A stretch of DNA of 64,000 nt from Mustelus asterias (taxonomy: Eukaryota), in NCBI RefSeq assembly GCF_964213995.1, contig NC_135807.1, positions 103,788,001 to 103,852,000 of the forward strand. The letters run 5' to 3'. The position numbers were made by a program, and so were the translations under genes. The notes below the pieces were generated by a model. The model saw only the letters and a list, made by a program, of their open reading frames with translations, was not told where the DNA came from and did no database searches. Positions 62,912 through 64,000 of this stretch are shown piece after piece; positions within the stretch are counted from its first letter, which is position 1; each line of letters starts with the position of its first letter.

Positions 62912-64000
62912 GTAAGTCTAGTTTCAAGGTTTAACTGTAATTCTTAAAAACTGCATCACAATCAGTGAATGCACTTCCAAATCTTCCTTTATATATGAAA
63001 GGTTTTATAATTTATAGCTTTTTGAGGTTTTACGTTGGTAGAAACAGTTACTTGTATCTCGAGCAAGTTTGTAAAGTGATTAGTAAATACGATGTAGAAA
63101 CACTTATGAGAGGAACTCTCCTGCTGACTAGCACTTACTGCTCTCCCTCAGCTGATGAATCAGTATTCCATGTTGAACATCACTTTGAAAAGTGCCGAGG
63201 ATAGCAAGTTTACAGAATATACTCTTTGTGGGGAACTTTAATGTTGATCAGCATGATTGGCTCAGTGGCACTGCCACCACCACAACTGGCTGAGTCCTGA
63301 TGGTCTGAGACTGCAGCAGATGGTGAGAGAACCGACATGAGGGAAAAGCTATATAACATCATCCTCACCAATTTGTATTAAGTTTGTATTGATAGAATAT
63401 GTATGTGGGATTTTCCACAAATATTGTGGAAAAAGCCTGGCTGTTAGTAGACTTTGTAAAGTTTAATTTCTAGATTGTCATTTGTAGAAGATCCATGCAC
63501 TTGTACAGATATATTAGAAATAATTGCATCTCAAAGAACAACCTACCTTCCAAACTCAGTTAATTCTGCAGTAGCTATCATTGGCTCACCCTCACAATAT
63601 GATTGACAATTTGGAAAGGATTAGTGGAAAAAAATGAAGAATTGCCTTTGATTATTCAAATGAGTGTGGGACATTTAAAGGAAGAAAACACATGCAGGAC
63701 AATGTTGGGACAGAAATAAATTAATTGAGAAACATTAAATGAGTTGTCTATCTCAGCAGTCATAAGTGTGAAAAAATATGTTTATTCCAAATTTTATTTT
63801 CTGTATTTCATGAGTCTTTGTTTTCAAATAAATCACATCACAGCTATACGTGGCAGGAGGGAAAGAGTTCCAACTCATTAACCTTGTATGCATAGGATAG
63901 TGGTTATGCAATGTGAACTTGTTCCTTCATTTACCCAGTTCTCCCTACTAGCAAAAGACTTATCCATTCTGATGGTGGACTGCTAACCTATCCTCAAATC

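Overview
Eukaryotic (vertebrate) genomic DNA, most likely a shark or other elasmobranch, judging from HE1-type V-SINEs, Deu-domain SINEs and abundant CR1 LINEs. The window lies inside one + strand gene, GOLGA4 (golgin-245/p230). Nine internal GT-AG coding exons (2253-62911; 1191 nt, 397 codons) splice into one continuous coiled-coil frame, and the gene starts and ends outside the window. The introns are filled with retroelements: HE1 SINEs, a near full-length CR1 with two nested CR1 inserts, L2 and Rex/Babar remnants, a probable hAT MITE and many Penelope-like (PLE) fragments. There is also a ~5 kb extremely G-skewed compound minisatellite. The most interesting signal is RNA-structural. Two families of short PLE pseudo-LTR derivatives carry minimal hammerhead ribozyme motifs. 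One family has a recurrent compensatory U3:A8 core (UUGACAA instead of CUGANGA), and both tend to occur as fold-back palindromes. A perfect, unexplained 63-bp inverted repeat lies at 43137-43279. Family assignments come from recalled motifs, not database searches, and repeat boundaries are approximate.
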